A DNA stretch of 64,000 bases, from positions 1 through 64,000 of the forward strand of contig JBDKSP010000077.1 in NCBI GenBank assembly GCA_039680575.1. The letters are read 5' to 3'. The position numbers were made by a program, and so were the translations under genes. This DNA is from Armatimonadota bacterium. Its GTDB lineage: Bacteria; Armatimonadota; UBA5829; DTLH01. The notes beneath the pieces are model-generated. The model was not told the DNA's origin and did no database searches. It saw only the letters and a list, made by a program, of their open reading frames with translations. Positions 9,801 to 18,351 of this stretch are shown in pieces. Each line of letters starts with the position of its first letter. Position 1 is the stretch's first letter.

Positions 9801-12747
9801 TACAAGGCGATCCAGATTGCATGTGAAAGTTGCCATAGGATCTATCGGCGAAGAGCGGATCCTGGGAAATATCCCCTTGGCCTGCAGATAGTCCACTAGA
9901 ATAGTTGTATTCGTTGTTACCAAACACACAATTGTTGCGAAGCGTGACTGTTGCGTTGTCGTTGTGAACACCAGAGCTATTGAAGGATAGGATGTTGTTA
10001 GACAGAGTAGGATTACCAGAGTAGCAATATATAGCTCCGCCATAATATGCCGAGTTGTCACTTAATGTGTTGTTTGTAAATACTGCAGAGCTACTGGAGG
10101 TATAAATACCTCCTCCATAATAGGGAGATGTATTACCGATGATCGTGTTGTTCGTAATGACTGGGGAACTGCCATAGCAGTATATTCCACCACCATTACC
10201 TGATTGGTAATTTAGACCATTGCCAGCTATCCTATTGTTGGCAATAATAACAGGGCTATTGGAGCAGCAGATTCCCCCACCATGACTCCCCACGTTGCCG
10301 GCAATCAAATTTTCCTTGATAATAGCTGAACTGTTAGAGCAGTATATCCCTCCACCATTATACTTGGAAGAGTTGGTTATGATAACATTGTGGATGACAG
10401 TTGCAGATGCATTTGAACAGTTAATGCCGCCTCCGTAGCCAGATTTCCCATTTCTGATTACGAAACCATCTATGACTGTGGTAATCGTCGCACCGCTCGA
10501 TACTGTCACAACACCTCTGGTACCAGACCCATCCAGTATGGTCTCATACAATGTGGAATTTCTTAGCTCTCGACTATCCTCGGTGCCAACGAAACCGCCG
10601 TACAGCCCGACACCATCTTTCAGAGATATTGATGCAGACTCTTGATACTTACCTGTGGCAACCCATATCTCTTGGCCAGGTGCCGCCGCAGTCATAGCAG
10701 CTATCACTGTTTTCTTCGGTAGCTGCCAACTTGCACCATGGTTTGCATCATCACATGCATTAGGATCGGAGCCGTTGACATAAATGACTGTGACAGCGGA
10801 TACAGTGATGTCTTGATTAATTGTTGATGTTCGTCCCGTAAAGTCGGTTGCTTTTATCCAAACTCTTTGAGTCTGCGGATTCTGCCAACCAAGTGACCAG
10901 ATATGGGTAGCATGGTTATAGTCTGCAACTGACCAAGTCGTTGGCGGTATATCTACTCTCGTGGCTGTGAAACCAACCTGAACCGAGACAACTCCCGTAT
11001 CAGCATCCGTGGCAGTACCTGATATCTGGATGGTAGTTTGTCCAGTATGCACCTCTCCTCTTGGAGGAGTGGTCATATCAACATAGGGATCAGTGCTATC
11101 TTCAGGTTGAACAACCCGCATATCCTCCTGTCTGCGCAGCCTGAGCACGCGAACAGTCTGAGAACCTGATATCTCACTGCTGCTGATGCCGTTTGCACAG
11201 ACGTACCAGCCTTCCTCTGGAGCCGCTATCGGTGGATTGCCATCTTGGCTGCCATGCCACTCCCAGCTTACTTTCACTCCCCTAGGACTGCCTTCTCCGT
11301 TATTGACATTGGAGCCGTCATCGAGATAGAAGTAGTGTGGATCGGTATTGGGATCAACAGAGGTGACTCTACCACAAATGCGGACAAAGAGCCCCACATT
11401 CGGCATCTCGAAAGAACCTGTTATACCGGGTGTATAAACGTTGAAGCCTCCACCTCCAAGGACTCTGTTGTTCATTCCGAGTGTTCCAGGTGGGTCGGTG
11501 GACCCGGTGATTGTGACATTGGTCGGTGTCAAAAGTCGTTCTCCATCTAAGCTTGATATAGCTCCGGAGATGGTTATTGTGGTACCTGGCTGAACTGCTT
11601 GTGCAAATGTTTGGTTATATATCCTGATTCCAGACGATCTTCCCGGTTCTTGAACATAGAAATACCCAATAGAAGGATATGACCTCGAAACCACTTTGTT
11701 GTCAAGAGATAGAGGAAGAGTGGTTCCATCAGCAAAAGTCTTTGCCCATCCTATTGACTGGTGGGTAGTTATCTGGAGCACGCCTTCTAGTACTTGGGGA
11801 TCATAGCCTGGACCGTCGTTAACGCAAATCACGGGAACTGAATTGACATGTTGTATCTGACCAGTGATCCTATTCACTCGGTCATCGGTCGAGATAGTAA
11901 AGCTCCCTGAATAATAACAGCGAATCCAGTCTGCCGAAGGCAGATCATCGGCAATATCAATATATTTGTATGTTACACTATCTACTGTGTCAGTACCATA
12001 TCCGATAATTCTTTTGCATTGGAACTCTACTTTAGCATAATCTGCCAATCCGGTGACTTCACCTATACCATCGTACAGTGAGGCCAATCGCGCCATCTGT
12101 GGTTGTGCTTCGGTTGTGTCCATAAAAACATCACCAACCGATTGATAGTAAGTGGGCGGTTCAGCAGGAGATGAGTTCGGTTCTGAATCCGAAGTGCTTG
12201 TATCTGTAGTGAGCTCAGATTGTGTGTTTGACTTTGTAAGTGGATATTCTTCAGTGAGATCGACCTTATAATCCCAGGGTTGTGGAGCCATGATTCCTTT
12301 GCTGGTCGGGCCTCCGTGGACAAGGAGCGTTCCATCCTTGTCAGTATAACCCCAGACTATTACATTTTTGATTGCACGTTCGCCACTTGGTAAAGTAGTA
12401 AGATAGCCGTCGATGTCAAGCAGTTGACCTCTGCGAAGCAACTCATTTGGCATCGCCAGTATGCAAACCCTAGAAGTAGCATTCCAAGTTTCTCTCACCG
12501 TGAAATACGGTGTTGCTTCTCTTGTAATGATCTTATCAATCACAACTGCGTCGAGATAGACATGAGTGTCGTCATCCTGTGATATAGCATTAGCAACAGT
12601 CCCAGGTCTTGTCATCCACTCAGGGACTAGCGCCATTGTTGCGGTGGCTAGGCATAATATTGATGCTAGCACGAATAGCACTACTAACTTGGCTTTATTA
12701 CTCCCGTTCATTCTGACCTTCATTCCTCCAAAATAGTTTACAGACAT
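3892..12747 (-). CDS. Giant secreted protein: OB-fold repeats, parallel beta-helix blocks, Ig-like, vWA, C-terminal NlpC/P60-like domain
   Basis: 2951 aa (start may be 12723 or 12711); signal peptide; FYLDDGS..GVKV OB repeats; four blocks with GGGIYC turns ending DIGADE; FDVTGSMS MIDAS; C-terminal EPYEFGG..GVDCRGLV..GHV. Confidence 0.8.
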   Translation of the reverse strand: MSVNYFGGMKVRMNGSNKAKLVVLFVLASILCLATATMALVPEWMTRPGTVANAISQDDDTHVYLDAVVIDKIITREATPYFTVRETWNATSRVCILAMPNELLRRGQLLDIDGYLTTLPSGERAIKNVIVWGYTDKDGTLLVHGGPTSKGIMAPQPWDYKVDLTEEYPLTKSNTQSELTTDTSTSDSEPNSSPAEPPTYYQSVGDVFMDTTEAQPQMARLASLYDGIGEVTGLADYAKVEFQCKRIIGYGTDTVDSVTYKYIDIADDLPSADWIRCYYSGSFTISTDDRVNRITGQIQHVNSVPVICVNDGPGYDPQVLEGVLQITTHQSIGWAKTFADGTTLPLSLDNKVVSRSYPSIGYFYVQEPGRSSGIRIYNQTFAQAVQPGTTITISGAISSLDGERLLTPTNVTITGSTDPPGTLGMNNRVLGGGGFNVYTPGITGSFEMPNVGLFVRICGRVTSVDPNTDPHYFYLDDGSNVNNGEGSPRGVKVSWEWHGSQDGNPPIAAPEEGWYVCANGISSSEISGSQTVRVLRLRRQEDMRVVQPEDSTDPYVDMTTPPRGEVHTGQTTIQISGTATDADTGVVSVQVGFTATRVDIPPTTWSVADYNHATHIWSLGWQNPQTQRVWIKATDFTGRTSTINQDITVSAVTVIYVNGSDPNACDDANHGASWQLPKKTVIAAMTAAAPGQEIWVATGKYQESASISLKDGVGLYGGFVGTEDSRELRNSTLYETILDGSGTRGVVTVSSGATITTVIDGFVIRNGKSGYGGGINCSNASATVIHNVIITNSSKYNGGGIYCSNSSAIIKENLIAGNVGSHGGGICCSNSPVIIANNRIAGNGLNYQSGNGGGIYCYGSSPVITNNTIIGNTSPYYGGGIYTSSSSAVFTNNTLSDNSAYYGGAIYCYSGNPTLSNNILSFNSSGVHNDNATVTLRNNCVFGNNEYNYSSGLSAGQGDISQDPLFADRSYGNFHMQSGSPCINAGWNSASGLPSVDMDNQPRILPEEGTVDIGADESDGTIWPTGSTNIIYVSPEGNDMDDGSSWSSAKQTVQAAINATTGQGGQVWVRAGTYREAVTLLPCVHLFGGFAGSEANLSERNWKDNITFLDGYQTWTVVVMRGCCSIDGFTISNGKADEWNDIPAGAIFCDCSSGRIANNVITGNWGNRNGAAGGIYCDRANPTIINNRIVGNGTGDNGGCGGIYCTSASPIIANNSISANCGGTSGGIYIDGGSPAIINNTITDNRGGSSGGIYYSYYCSVTAVNNIIAYNSYGIYSYLGGITLKNNCIYGNDINFASGWNPIGQNGNISADPKLASRDYGNMHIMPDSPCIGTGNNGYVQSGWVDLDGQSRLQPTGGNVDIGADESDGTIPDVSPSIVRVSQNGDDADDGSTWQSTMRTIQAAIGRASADGGEVWVKEGEYPERLSLSPFVYVYGGFCGEEVYEYDRDTGSSGTIIDGQQGGSVVTIATAGPTSIDGFTIKNGKAQYGAGIYCNHGFPSIANNTITANTATYDGGGIYCTASFPKINNNIITANSAGGTGSYDGGGGIYISGGTPNLTNNTLTSNNAMNGGGLYLYSAQGIAANNCFTANSATNGSAVYCYSASSSILNNTIAVNYATGTGAGIYCDNSAVSISNNIVSFNSSGIYKSGINTPTLRNNCVYANTIYNYSGITDPTGTNGNISIDPKFANYTTGDVHIQSDSPCVGTGNNTFVQSDWLDIDGDPRIYPEESTVDIGADESDGTIWSITPRVVMVSPDGDDANDGSSWEVAKRTVQAGIDSASAVGGEVWVRSGTYTESIILPSYVQVYGGFCGSEENRTDRDWTTNVTVLGSPGITGRIVTIDGGQGCIVDGFTIQYGSATKGGGIYCNNASATISNNTIKYNTASADGAGIYCYNSLPTILNNWVVGNRGFRSDSRGGGIYCENSNGKIVGNTITSNTASTYGGGGIYLRSITSALVIANNIISSNSSGIYKYESGQPTFQIRNNDVWSNGSSNYSWTPTPSGDISSDPKIASVNSDPHIQPGSPCKDAGWNSAPGLPDVDIDGQSRTQDNIVDIGADETDGSSWNTINITANPPYCAVGDNLTYTITLKDSTGQPIAGTNIIVQITGSSITNITNNVVTGTIDEPPVSGSCATNDSGQIYVTVVAGIGDEGNLFMNISAQVAGASQMMSMQSASQTSLASASLSSFCYDPNAEVGLVICFDVTGSMSNGASAKGGLEELINYIRTHTPWVKIAGIKVLDELCNTLDFTRDFDAVTTWIDLGNQSGSSGDDGPELQLDALASANDMLSGTGRKLIALATNSEFHFAGDGTEFSVYIEAQVISLLSTSGAEVYIDGDTASDNYIDLAINGSIEDDLGAYYFPRLKEALLQGTKLDLDVDSDNNNGDDPPDRSSEEDSIEATMAKQIQIDSDDIDDDDIPGFADGFNWDDEPGNNDDISAQTEFVPLVLDLERPLEPSDQIELIYDASDPLGVTREGEDPDFTYTPAPGTFRIWTKNGDQARDPANVTQGGDYVPSGTFTASQLGFTSNKRTVTLYIEAVQSQTEEQVATAMRSLLSSTTTSNDEVKVRIGNRAKDKVKVKACFSTLPQITAVYVAYRTVGTGTSNMAFPYDNTDVVIKAMVVATVNGQKRVYTDLGDKDTAESGWRDGGTWHIYGAQGSNLPNDWPDYRWLSDESSKFSRIYQWDTANWGIPTFTWRKRYHHCYAKGESGRKYDYRQAAPSTWSGWGTTDDGIEFGASGLVRLRVTVQLDNQKKTSLDNEKATRIAVRDHRNFGITNDRRINYLRWIFAYKGEPYEFGGYWFGGRSTDSWHGGSAYSGYGVDCRGLVSQAARWAGYNWGNNQGLAWVHSTPSLYTGNTVTTEAFPEDDPFGPGDILCYCKYTRRGHEGHVVSVYYRDGDNISIIEAAGGSPNRNPPGSVVRIQENQSLEDWLNDPYDDPTCNYKQFRLVVK

Positions 12748-12985
12748 ATTACCAAGCTAGTCTGTCAATTACCGGCTGCCAAGATAACATTAAGATCACA
12801 TCTTTAGTCTCAAAAACTTGATAACAATAAATTGGGTAAGTAACAGAGTAGCGAGTGAAGTCTGGCGTTATGCTTGAATTCGTCCGGCCAATGTACAACT
12901 ACATTCAAATCTCCTCCCTGCATGACATGTGCCAGAAGCTTGCAGGCATACTGTCAGATTACCCCAGGAATACAGCTTAGTCAAG

Positions 12986-12998
12986 GACTACTGTAGTC
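12986..12998. promoter_or_regulatory. Palindromic operator candidate
   Basis: GACTAC-T-GTAGTC in the divergent gap between the giant gene and the XRE gene. Confidence 0.4.
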
Positions 12999-13108
12999 AA
13001 AAAGCAGGCAATCATAATAATCCCATTATGCCTCCAGCTGCACGAGCTGTCAAATATCTTGTCTAGCTAGTCCATTGAGGCAAGCTTGCTAAACCCGTAA
13101 ACTTCGAT

Positions 13109-13480
13109 ATGATGAAACAACAGACTAAGACAGAACAACTGCTCAGCACACTGGCCCAACGCATGCGCGACCGCCGCAAGACCCTGGGGATTACCCAGGA
13201 GCAACTGGCTGAGAGGTCCGACCTAAGCACCAACTACATAGCCAAGCTTGAGCTGGGGAAAAGGGTCCCTTCGTTTGGTACACTCATCTCACTTGCGGAA
13301 GCTCTGGACGTAGAGGTGTATGAACTCCTTACTGTAAGCACGGAACGTCCCTGGGCTGGTGCCGCACAGGAGGTCGAACGTGTTATGGCACTATTAAACG
13401 AACAGGACTCCCAGTTTCTCCTTGGTGAGTTCCAGAACATCGCTCATTACATAAGGTCGCTTCGTAAAGAACAAAGCTAA
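13109..13480 (+). CDS. XRE-family HTH transcriptional regulator
   Basis: RRKTLGITQEQLAERSDLSTNYIAKLELGKRVPSFGTLISLAEALDV. Confidence 0.9.
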   Translation: MMKQQTKTEQLLSTLAQRMRDRRKTLGITQEQLAERSDLSTNYIAKLELGKRVPSFGTLISLAEALDVEVYELLTVSTERPWAGAAQEVERVMALLNEQDSQFLLGEFQNIAHYIRSLRKEQS

Positions 13481-14371
13481 GCCAGGTTCTCCTTTGACAT
13501 GGCTTTTGAGCATGCATCCGTCTTCTCTGCGGGTAACGTGATGACTTTTCACCTCCTTTGTTTCGACTGTGACATTAACCCCGTTTGATGTCACAACAAT
13601 AGTCCCTACTTCTGCGGTCACATAAGTGACTGCTCCGACAGCTTGCAGAGCATCAAGTGTGGCCTTGTCCGGGTGGCCGAATGGATTGTCTCTTCCACAC
13701 GAGATCACAGCGATCTTCGGTTTTACCTGCCGGAGGAGAGCAGGATCGGTACCATCAAAACTTCCATGATGGGCGACCTTCAGTACTGTACTCTCCGGCC
13801 AGAAGTCGACAGACTGTCTCTCCTGACTCTCCATATCTCCGGCAAGAAGGAAACTTGTTTTGCCATAGACTATTAGGATCACAAGACTCTGGTTGTTAGC
13901 GCTATCAGCTTTAGCCCCGGCTTGTGGAGCCAGGACTGATACACTGACATCGCCAACCTTTTCAGTAAACCCGGCTTTTGGCGTAAAAAAGAGAATACCT
14001 CTCTCATCTATGGTAGAAAGCATATCTTTCTGTGTGCCAGACCCATGGTAGAAGCCGCTGTCCCAGAACCTGCCTACAGGAAATGCATTAAGGACTGCTT
14101 TCATTCCTCCGATGTGATCCTCATGTGGGTGAGTGGCTACAATAGTGTCCAGAGCTTTCACGCCTCTACTTTTAAGATAGTCCACCACAGGTCTTCCGGC
14201 ACTTGACGGTCCGGCATCTACGAGTATTGTCTTACCACAGGGAAACTCGACTAGTATTGAGTCTCCTTGTCCTACGTCTATGAAGCTTACAGAAAGCTCC
14301 GCTGCAGCTGACTGCCCAGTCAGTACAACGAGCAGTAAAAACCATACGAACAGCAGCTTTACAGCCTTCAT
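13394..14371 (-). CDS. Secreted ComEC/Rec2-like metallo-beta-lactamase-fold hydrolase
   Basis: RBS GGAGG then ATG at 14371; signal peptide; DVGQGDS, THPHEDHIGG, GD, HHGS, GHP motifs. The 3' end runs antisense into the XRE gene, so it may be truncated. Confidence 0.85.
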   Translation of the reverse strand: MKAVKLLFVWFLLLVVLTGQSAAAELSVSFIDVGQGDSILVEFPCGKTILVDAGPSSAGRPVVDYLKSRGVKALDTIVATHPHEDHIGGMKAVLNAFPVGRFWDSGFYHGSGTQKDMLSTIDERGILFFTPKAGFTEKVGDVSVSVLAPQAGAKADSANNQSLVILIVYGKTSFLLAGDMESQERQSVDFWPESTVLKVAHHGSFDGTDPALLRQVKPKIAVISCGRDNPFGHPDKATLDALQAVGAVTYVTAEVGTIVVTSNGVNVTVETKEVKSHHVTRREDGCMLKSHVKGEPGLALFFTKRPYVMSDVLELTKEKLGVLFV

Positions 14372-14456
14372 CTTTGTAAGCCTCCACACATGCCACTTAA
14401 AAGAGCATCTAGCATATAGGCAGACAGCCCACACAGAAGCGGGTATCATCTCATAG

Positions 14457-14673
14457 ATGCGATAAGACAGTATTCGCGGAAGCTAGAAGCCCATATTTCT
14501 CCTCATTTTCATTTAGTCCTTGACTTAATCCCGTTATCCCTTTATCCTTCATAGTCACGGCGACTCCATCTAATCCATAGATCACGCCCAAATATGACGA
14601 TGTGTGAAAATATTACTTGCGTATGCCTGATTGCCATGCTATACTAGGTTCTGGAAATACTGTCTTCCGGGAA
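14457..14673. promoter_or_regulatory. Promoter-bearing segment flanked by two inverted lox-like sites
   Basis: ATGCGATAA-GACAGTA-TTCGCGGAA (14457-14481) and TTCTGGAAA-TACTGTC-TTCCGGGAA (14649-14673); spacers are exact reverse complements. Sigma70 promoter TTGCGT-17-TATACT at 14617-14645. Confidence 0.6.
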
Positions 14674-15621
14674 GTGACGGAGAACCTCTCTCCTGAACTT
14701 CTTGATATCCTAAAAGAAGCCCAAAAGTTCCTCTCAACCACCGTTGCCGACAGCACCCAGGAGGTCTACCAAAGAGACTGGCAGTCGTTTTCTGACTGGT
14801 GCACCAGGATGGGACTTATCAGCCTGCCGTCCACCCCTGAGATAGTAGCCTGCTATTTTACATCCCTTGCAATTAAGGGGTTTCGTGTGACTACCATAAG
14901 GAGACATTCCGCAGCTATTGCTGCAGCTCACAGAGCATCCGGCTATCCAACGCCGACTACTCATCCCGCTATAAAGGAACTCCTACGGGGGATGACCAGG
15001 AAACTTGGCACACCACCAAAACCTGTAGATGCGCTGCTTTCTGAAGACATCAAGCGGATGGTCAAAGCTTTGCCGGGGACACTGATCGGCATACGTGACA
15101 AGGCACTTATTCTTCTGGGGTTTGCCGGGGCGTTTCGAAGATCTGAGATAGTAGGACTGGATACAGGTGATATAAGCTACAGGGATGAGGGAATGCTGGT
15201 CCTCATCCGCCGCAGCAAGACAGACCAGAAAGGTGAAGGCCGCTGGGTAGGCATCCCATACGGCAAGAGCCAGGACACCTGTCCTGTAGCTGCTCTTAGA
15301 AACTGGCTAAAAGCCTCCGGTATATCAGAAGGTGCAGTCTTTAGGGGGCTCGACCGACATGGAAACATCGTCTCAGACAGACTGTCCAGGAGGGCAGTGG
15401 GAGAAGTCATCAAACGAGCCGCAAAAGCTGCAGGGTTTGACCCGAAGAGATACAGTGGCCACAGCCTGAGAAGTGGTCACTGCACCCAAGCGGCAAGGTC
15501 CGGTGTTGCAGATAGGATTATCATGCAGCAGACCGGACATCGCTGCCAGTCCACACTCAAGCGTTATGTAAGGCTCGGCAGGCTCTTTGAGGAAAACAGT
15601 GCTGACTCGCTTGGACTGTGA
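14674..15621 (+). CDS. Cre-like tyrosine recombinase
   Basis: SAM-like N-domain; catalytic R (FRRSE), K (SKTDQ), HSLR, TGH, Y (KRYVR). GTG 14674 preferred because the track's TTG at 14617 is the -35 box. Confidence 0.9.
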   Translation: MTENLSPELLDILKEAQKFLSTTVADSTQEVYQRDWQSFSDWCTRMGLISLPSTPEIVACYFTSLAIKGFRVTTIRRHSAAIAAAHRASGYPTPTTHPAIKELLRGMTRKLGTPPKPVDALLSEDIKRMVKALPGTLIGIRDKALILLGFAGAFRRSEIVGLDTGDISYRDEGMLVLIRRSKTDQKGEGRWVGIPYGKSQDTCPVAALRNWLKASGISEGAVFRGLDRHGNIVSDRLSRRAVGEVIKRAAKAAGFDPKRYSGHSLRSGHCTQAARSGVADRIIMQQTGHRCQSTLKRYVRLGRLFEENSADSLGL

Positions 15622-15627
15622 GTCTTG

Positions 15628-16143
15628 CTATGGCCAGCAGGACTTCCTCGTTGGGACTATACTTTTCCTCAGGTTTCCTCCATCAATATAGCACCATGCA
15701 GGTAGAACATCATTTTCTGTCACTACAGGTACCAACACACGGATGTAAAGACTCGGACAGCCCGGCATGAACCCTTCCAGACGATCCATTGGCGGCAGTG
15801 AGAGCTCTGGGTGTGGAAACACGATCATCTCCCCTCGTATCATCTCTCGGCATGCAGGATCGCAGATGGTATCGACCGCCATCTGATCCAGGTATCGCTC
15901 TTGCGTTATAGCGTCAGCCAAAGGATCTGATGTTCCAAAAGCGAGTATGTCATTATCCGGCACTCGAAGGACCGGAATCCTTGAAGGCAGTTCGTAAAGC
16001 TGTCCTCGAAGAGCAGCCTCTTTGATATAAAGTGCATCCCGGCAGAACATATCGTGGTTCCAGAACCCTTTCTTTAGCGTGCCGTATACGAAGACCCTGA
16101 GCGCAGCGTCTTTGGTCTGCGGTCCGGGTATATTTCTGCTCAT
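15628..16143 (-). CDS. Gamma-glutamylcyclotransferase (GGCT/AIG2-like)
   Basis: VFVYGTLKKG..NH, DRLEG, AWCY motifs. Confidence 0.9.
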   Translation of the reverse strand: MSRNIPGPQTKDAALRVFVYGTLKKGFWNHDMFCRDALYIKEAALRGQLYELPSRIPVLRVPDNDILAFGTSDPLADAITQERYLDQMAVDTICDPACREMIRGEMIVFPHPELSLPPMDRLEGFMPGCPSLYIRVLVPVVTENDVLPAWCYIDGGNLRKSIVPTRKSCWP

Positions 16144-16148
16144 AGCCC

Positions 16149-16961
16149 TTACCTCTCTTTTTCATCCGGGATAATAAACCGTCTAAAACTTGAGTGTTTG
16201 CTCGTTCCTGCCAGCCGAAATGGCGTAACACTGTAGCTCATAAGGTCACTGCAGTGGAACGCAGCCATCTCCATTTCCTTTACCGGGACATTCCCCCAGC
16301 CATTAGCAGGTGCAAGGACACTCTCCAGATAGTCTGCACATGATGCATAGACTATGACATTAAAACCCTTGTGGTACCTTAGCTCAAGAGGCTTGTTGCC
16401 TTTTATCAGGACTATCACCTCCGGATCGAGCTTTGATACTATCACAGCAGTCATCTCTCCTTTGCAGAGTGCAAGGCGTTTGGCTAAAGGCTCTTTATCA
16501 ATACGACCACCTGCCAGTGAGTTATCTGCCATCCTGAAGATGAGTTCGCTGTCTACTTCAGCAAACCTCGGAAGCTTAAGGCGGCTAAAGAGCAGGTCTG
16601 CATTTGTTATTGTTCCGTTATGTGTTCCTATTACGGTTCCTGCCCTTATTGGGTGATTGTTGGCGTTGTTTCTTGCGTCCCCTCTGGTCTGCCAGCGGGT
16701 ATGTCCTGCAAGCCAGGTGGTGTTACTGTTGACACTTTTGAGCAGGTCCGTAAACGCGTCGTCATCTACAAACTCTCTTGCCCTAACAGGCTGCTTAAAT
16801 ATATTGTGCTCACCGGCTCTGTTAAGCCAGGCTGCACCTGTAGCGTGAGGCCCTCGTGCCTCGCTTCTTAGCAGCAGGTAACTGAAGAGTTTCCGAAAGT
16901 AGTCCATCTCCTTCTGATTCCGCTTTTTTGCGCCGAAAATGATCCCAGCCTGTCCACACAT
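16149..16961 (-). CDS. Class II glutamine amidotransferase
   Basis: N-terminal MCG, RGPHATG, GHTRWQT, NNHP, HNG, DSE. Confidence 0.9.
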   Translation of the reverse strand: MCGQAGIIFGAKKRNQKEMDYFRKLFSYLLLRSEARGPHATGAAWLNRAGEHNIFKQPVRAREFVDDDAFTDLLKSVNSNTTWLAGHTRWQTRGDARNNANNHPIRAGTVIGTHNGTITNADLLFSRLKLPRFAEVDSELIFRMADNSLAGGRIDKEPLAKRLALCKGEMTAVIVSKLDPEVIVLIKGNKPLELRYHKGFNVIVYASCADYLESVLAPANGWGNVPVKEMEMAAFHCSDLMSYSVTPFRLAGTSKHSSFRRFIIPDEKER

Positions 16962-17233
16962 CAGAAGTCACCTCTTTCGCTGTCGAGAAATTTTGTCGCC
17001 ATTTCGATGAGCGTGTCTTCATCAAGCCTCTCGGTTGGTCTAAATCCTCTGAAGACTCCAGCCGCGTACAGAGCCTGGTGCTCATCTATCCACAGGGTAG
17101 TCTGAGGAAACCCCATCTCCAGGGCAAGCTTCATTACCACGGGTACATCGAGCATGTTGGTCCTACCCGATGTCCTGACAGCCTCCAGCCCCTCCAGCAC
17201 ATCGGCAGGAATTGGCACCTTAGTCTGCTGCAT
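16961..17233 (-). CDS. DUF5049-like small protein
   Basis: Start MQQTK at 17233; [18 protein letters not shown] motif, commonly next to amidoligases. Confidence 0.65.
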   Translation of the reverse strand: MQQTKVPIPADVLEGLEAVRTSGRTNMLDVPVVMKLALEMGFPQTTLWIDEHQALYAAGVFRGFRPTERLDEDTLIEMATKFLDSERGDF

Positions 17234-18155
17234 GGCACACCTCCGGTTCCACCGCAGGCTTCGGGGACTTTGACTTCGGCCTGCCGTTCTTCCAGGCAGC
17301 GTCTCCCGGCATGGCATGAAGCAAGTGAAGCCTTGCAGTCTTAAACTCTTCGCCGTTTAGCCCTAAGTGGATGAGGAAGACCCGGAAGTCGTACTTAGCT
17401 GAAGCAGGATCATACTCACGTTTCCTGCTCGATGCCCCGCGGCTGTTTAAGGCTTTTGCTGCGATTGCGAGCACGAACTGGACAGCCGCTTTCACCTTGC
17501 CAGCGTGAAGTGTCGCCTCAAACATCCTGAACTCAATAGTCCCTCTAAACCAGACGTTGTGGAGGTTTAAGCAGCTGTAGCGGCTTGAGTCATAATGTGC
17601 GGGATGGGTATTTAGATGTCCATACCACAGTCTGTTCACCTGATCGAGCGTCTTTGGTCGGCTCTTCTCAAGTCTTTCGATGAACTCGGGGCTTATCGGC
17701 TTGGTGTACTGCCTAAGTCTTGACGCACTTACTCCAAGTGCCGTCAGGATGAGTGGCTCCTGCTTGAACATTATCTTTGCGAGGTTTGCGAGTGTCTTTC
17801 CGGTAAAGGCGCTTGAGTCAACGTGGATGTGCATTCCGCATTTTCCGTCAACTGCTGCACCGCACTTTCGGATCGCCCTCACGACTTCCTGAAGCGTAGA
17901 AATGTCCTCATATTTAAGGACCGGGCTTACCACCTCTGCCCGCAGGTTAGGGGGAACACTTGTTAAGGATGAATCCGCAACGACCTTCCATACTCTTCCC
18001 TGTTCATCTCTTACTTCCCACGGATCGTAAGATGATGGGCTTCCCACATGCCTTACTTCACCGCCTAACACTGACTGTATGGCTCTTGCCACATCTCCCC
18101 GGCTGCGCCTTATCGTCTCTATCTCGCAGCCAAACCTTAGTTCTTGAAGCTTCAC
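17220..18155 (-). CDS. Amidoligase_2 family COOH-NH2 ligase
   Basis: [39 protein letters not shown] then GTG at 18155. Confidence 0.9.
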   Translation of the reverse strand: MKLQELRFGCEIETIRRSRGDVARAIQSVLGGEVRHVGSPSSYDPWEVRDEQGRVWKVVADSSLTSVPPNLRAEVVSPVLKYEDISTLQEVVRAIRKCGAAVDGKCGMHIHVDSSAFTGKTLANLAKIMFKQEPLILTALGVSASRLRQYTKPISPEFIERLEKSRPKTLDQVNRLWYGHLNTHPAHYDSSRYSCLNLHNVWFRGTIEFRMFEATLHAGKVKAAVQFVLAIAAKALNSRGASSRKREYDPASAKYDFRVFLIHLGLNGEEFKTARLHLLHAMPGDAAWKNGRPKSKSPKPAVEPEVCHAAD

Positions 18156-18300
18156 TTGCTGCTTTACCTCCACTAGACTTAGAACAGAACATCTGTTCTC
18201 TATCACAATGAATGCCTCAGATCGAAAGAAACATCAAGTCATTTGAAGGGGTTTTAGGAAGATTCTTCTGTTACTTTCCAGGCGGCTGTGATACGAAATA

Positions 18301-18341
18301 ATGGCTGTGGGATGAGATTAGCTACCCACCGCCACAGCCAT
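18301..18341 (-). terminator. Hairpin after the tail-fibre gene
   Basis: ATGGCTGTGG / CCACAGCCAT 10-bp stem, 10 nt past the stop codon. Confidence 0.45.
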
Positions 18342-18351
18342 GTAAAGAAGG

